Of a stretch of 64,000 nt of DNA, positions 63,041-64,000 are shown piece by piece; within the stretch, counting starts at the first letter, position 1; every line of letters begins with the position of its first letter. Position numbers and translations under genes: made by a program. The notes beneath the pieces were generated by a model, which saw nothing but the letters and a program-made list of their open reading frames with translations, ran no database searches and was not told the DNA's origin. Source of the DNA: Callorhinchus milii (taxonomy: Eukaryota); NCBI RefSeq assembly GCF_018977255.1, contig NW_024704743.1:63924001-63988000 (forward strand), given 5' to 3'.

Positions 63041-63355
63041 AAATTTTATTCAAAATTGATATCTCCATTTTTCATTTGTAAAGTTTAGAGGTATGATGTG
63101 ATATTTGGCACACATGTCTGAAAGGTAATAGAGTTTATGCAGCCGGTGCTATTCAGATTATTTTTAAAAACATAATTCAGGGACAATATTCATCAGTGTC
63201 AAATTTTATTTAAAGTTTATCTTTTTCATTTGTAAAGTTTTAAGGAGAAATGTGACATTTGGCACACGTTTAAAAGGAACAGAAAAGTTTATGTAGCCAG
63301 TGATATTGAAATTCTTTTGAATTAAAAACATCAGGGCAATATTTATTAGTGTCAT
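63041..63355 (+). repeat. Diverged tandem duplication, period ~154-160 bp, two units
   Basis: TTTTTCATTTGTAAAGTTT at 63068 and 63222, each followed by ATGTGA.ATTTGGCACAC, AGTTTATG.AGCC.GTG.TATT and CAATATT.AT.AGTGTCA. Confidence 0.8.
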
Positions 63356-64000
63356 TTGGTGCAAAACCATATTGTGTAAGAGAGGTGTTGATGGTTTGTA
63401 TCTGGGGATGTGACTTGTGCATCTGTAAAAGCCTGTATCCACAACATTTTTTACACCTACCTGTGGGTATATTCCGTCCTGCAAAATATTTGCATTGATA
63501 TTCTCATTCTTTGAGGTCGAGTGGCAAACGTAAACATTTTTACGAAAATGTTTTTAAAATCAGCCAGGGAACAGGTAGTGCAGAGAATTTGATCAGCAAT
63601 GTGTGACACTGAGTACAGCCTTAATTCTCCTGCACCCCCCACCCCCCCCAATGTCACTGAATGAAACCTAAGATGTACTAAGGGGAGATGTATCTCTTAG
63701 GGAAGGGAATGTTGTTCGGGAGAATCATTTGTACTGTGCTTGAACATGTTCCTGCAGCCAGGTCAGAGAAGTATTGGCAGAGGCCTGAGTGCAGGTGGGC
63801 ACCTTCCTTTTCTGCTGCAAGAGATAGAGAGAAAATTCAAGTCCATTTACAAAATTTGTGTTTTTTAAAACAGAGTATTTTTGAAAAAAACACTGTTCCA
63901 TGGGATCTTGGATTCTAATTTGATTATACAGTAATTGGTTTTGATAATTTGGAAATCAGTTTTGAGATATAAGATGTAAAAGATGTGGAACATTTTAAAA

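Overview
This is repeat-rich vertebrate genomic DNA with no bacterial genes or CRISPR array. The SINE and LINE types point to a cartilaginous fish, probably a chimaera such as the elephant shark (inference from repeat sequence only). The main gene is the 5' part of MOCOS (molybdenum cofactor sulfurase) on the minus strand. Four coding exons (44995-44866, 26378-26289, 25343-25277, 4703-4044) splice in frame through GT-AG sites into 315 codons that include the PLP-binding lysine motif, and the gene runs off the left edge. Its CpG-island promoter (~44.7-45.35 kb) has NRF1/YY1-like sites and is followed by a G-rich minisatellite. A second CpG island (~57.5-58.3 kb) precedes an apparently non-coding plus-strand first exon of an unidentified divergent gene. 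The rest is mostly mobile DNA: tRNA-derived Deu-type SINEs, L2 and CR1 LINE fragments, Penelope-like elements, a CCHC-ending LINE family, TIR MITEs and a Helitron/Helentron-like element. Most notable are a Penelope-derived palindrome with a hammerhead ribozyme core on each strand, a promoter minisatellite made of ~30 consensus splice donors, a SINE/L2 shared 3' stem-loop, and repeated antiparallel nesting of L2/SINE copies. Nothing here proves a new biological system, and repeat boundaries are approximate.
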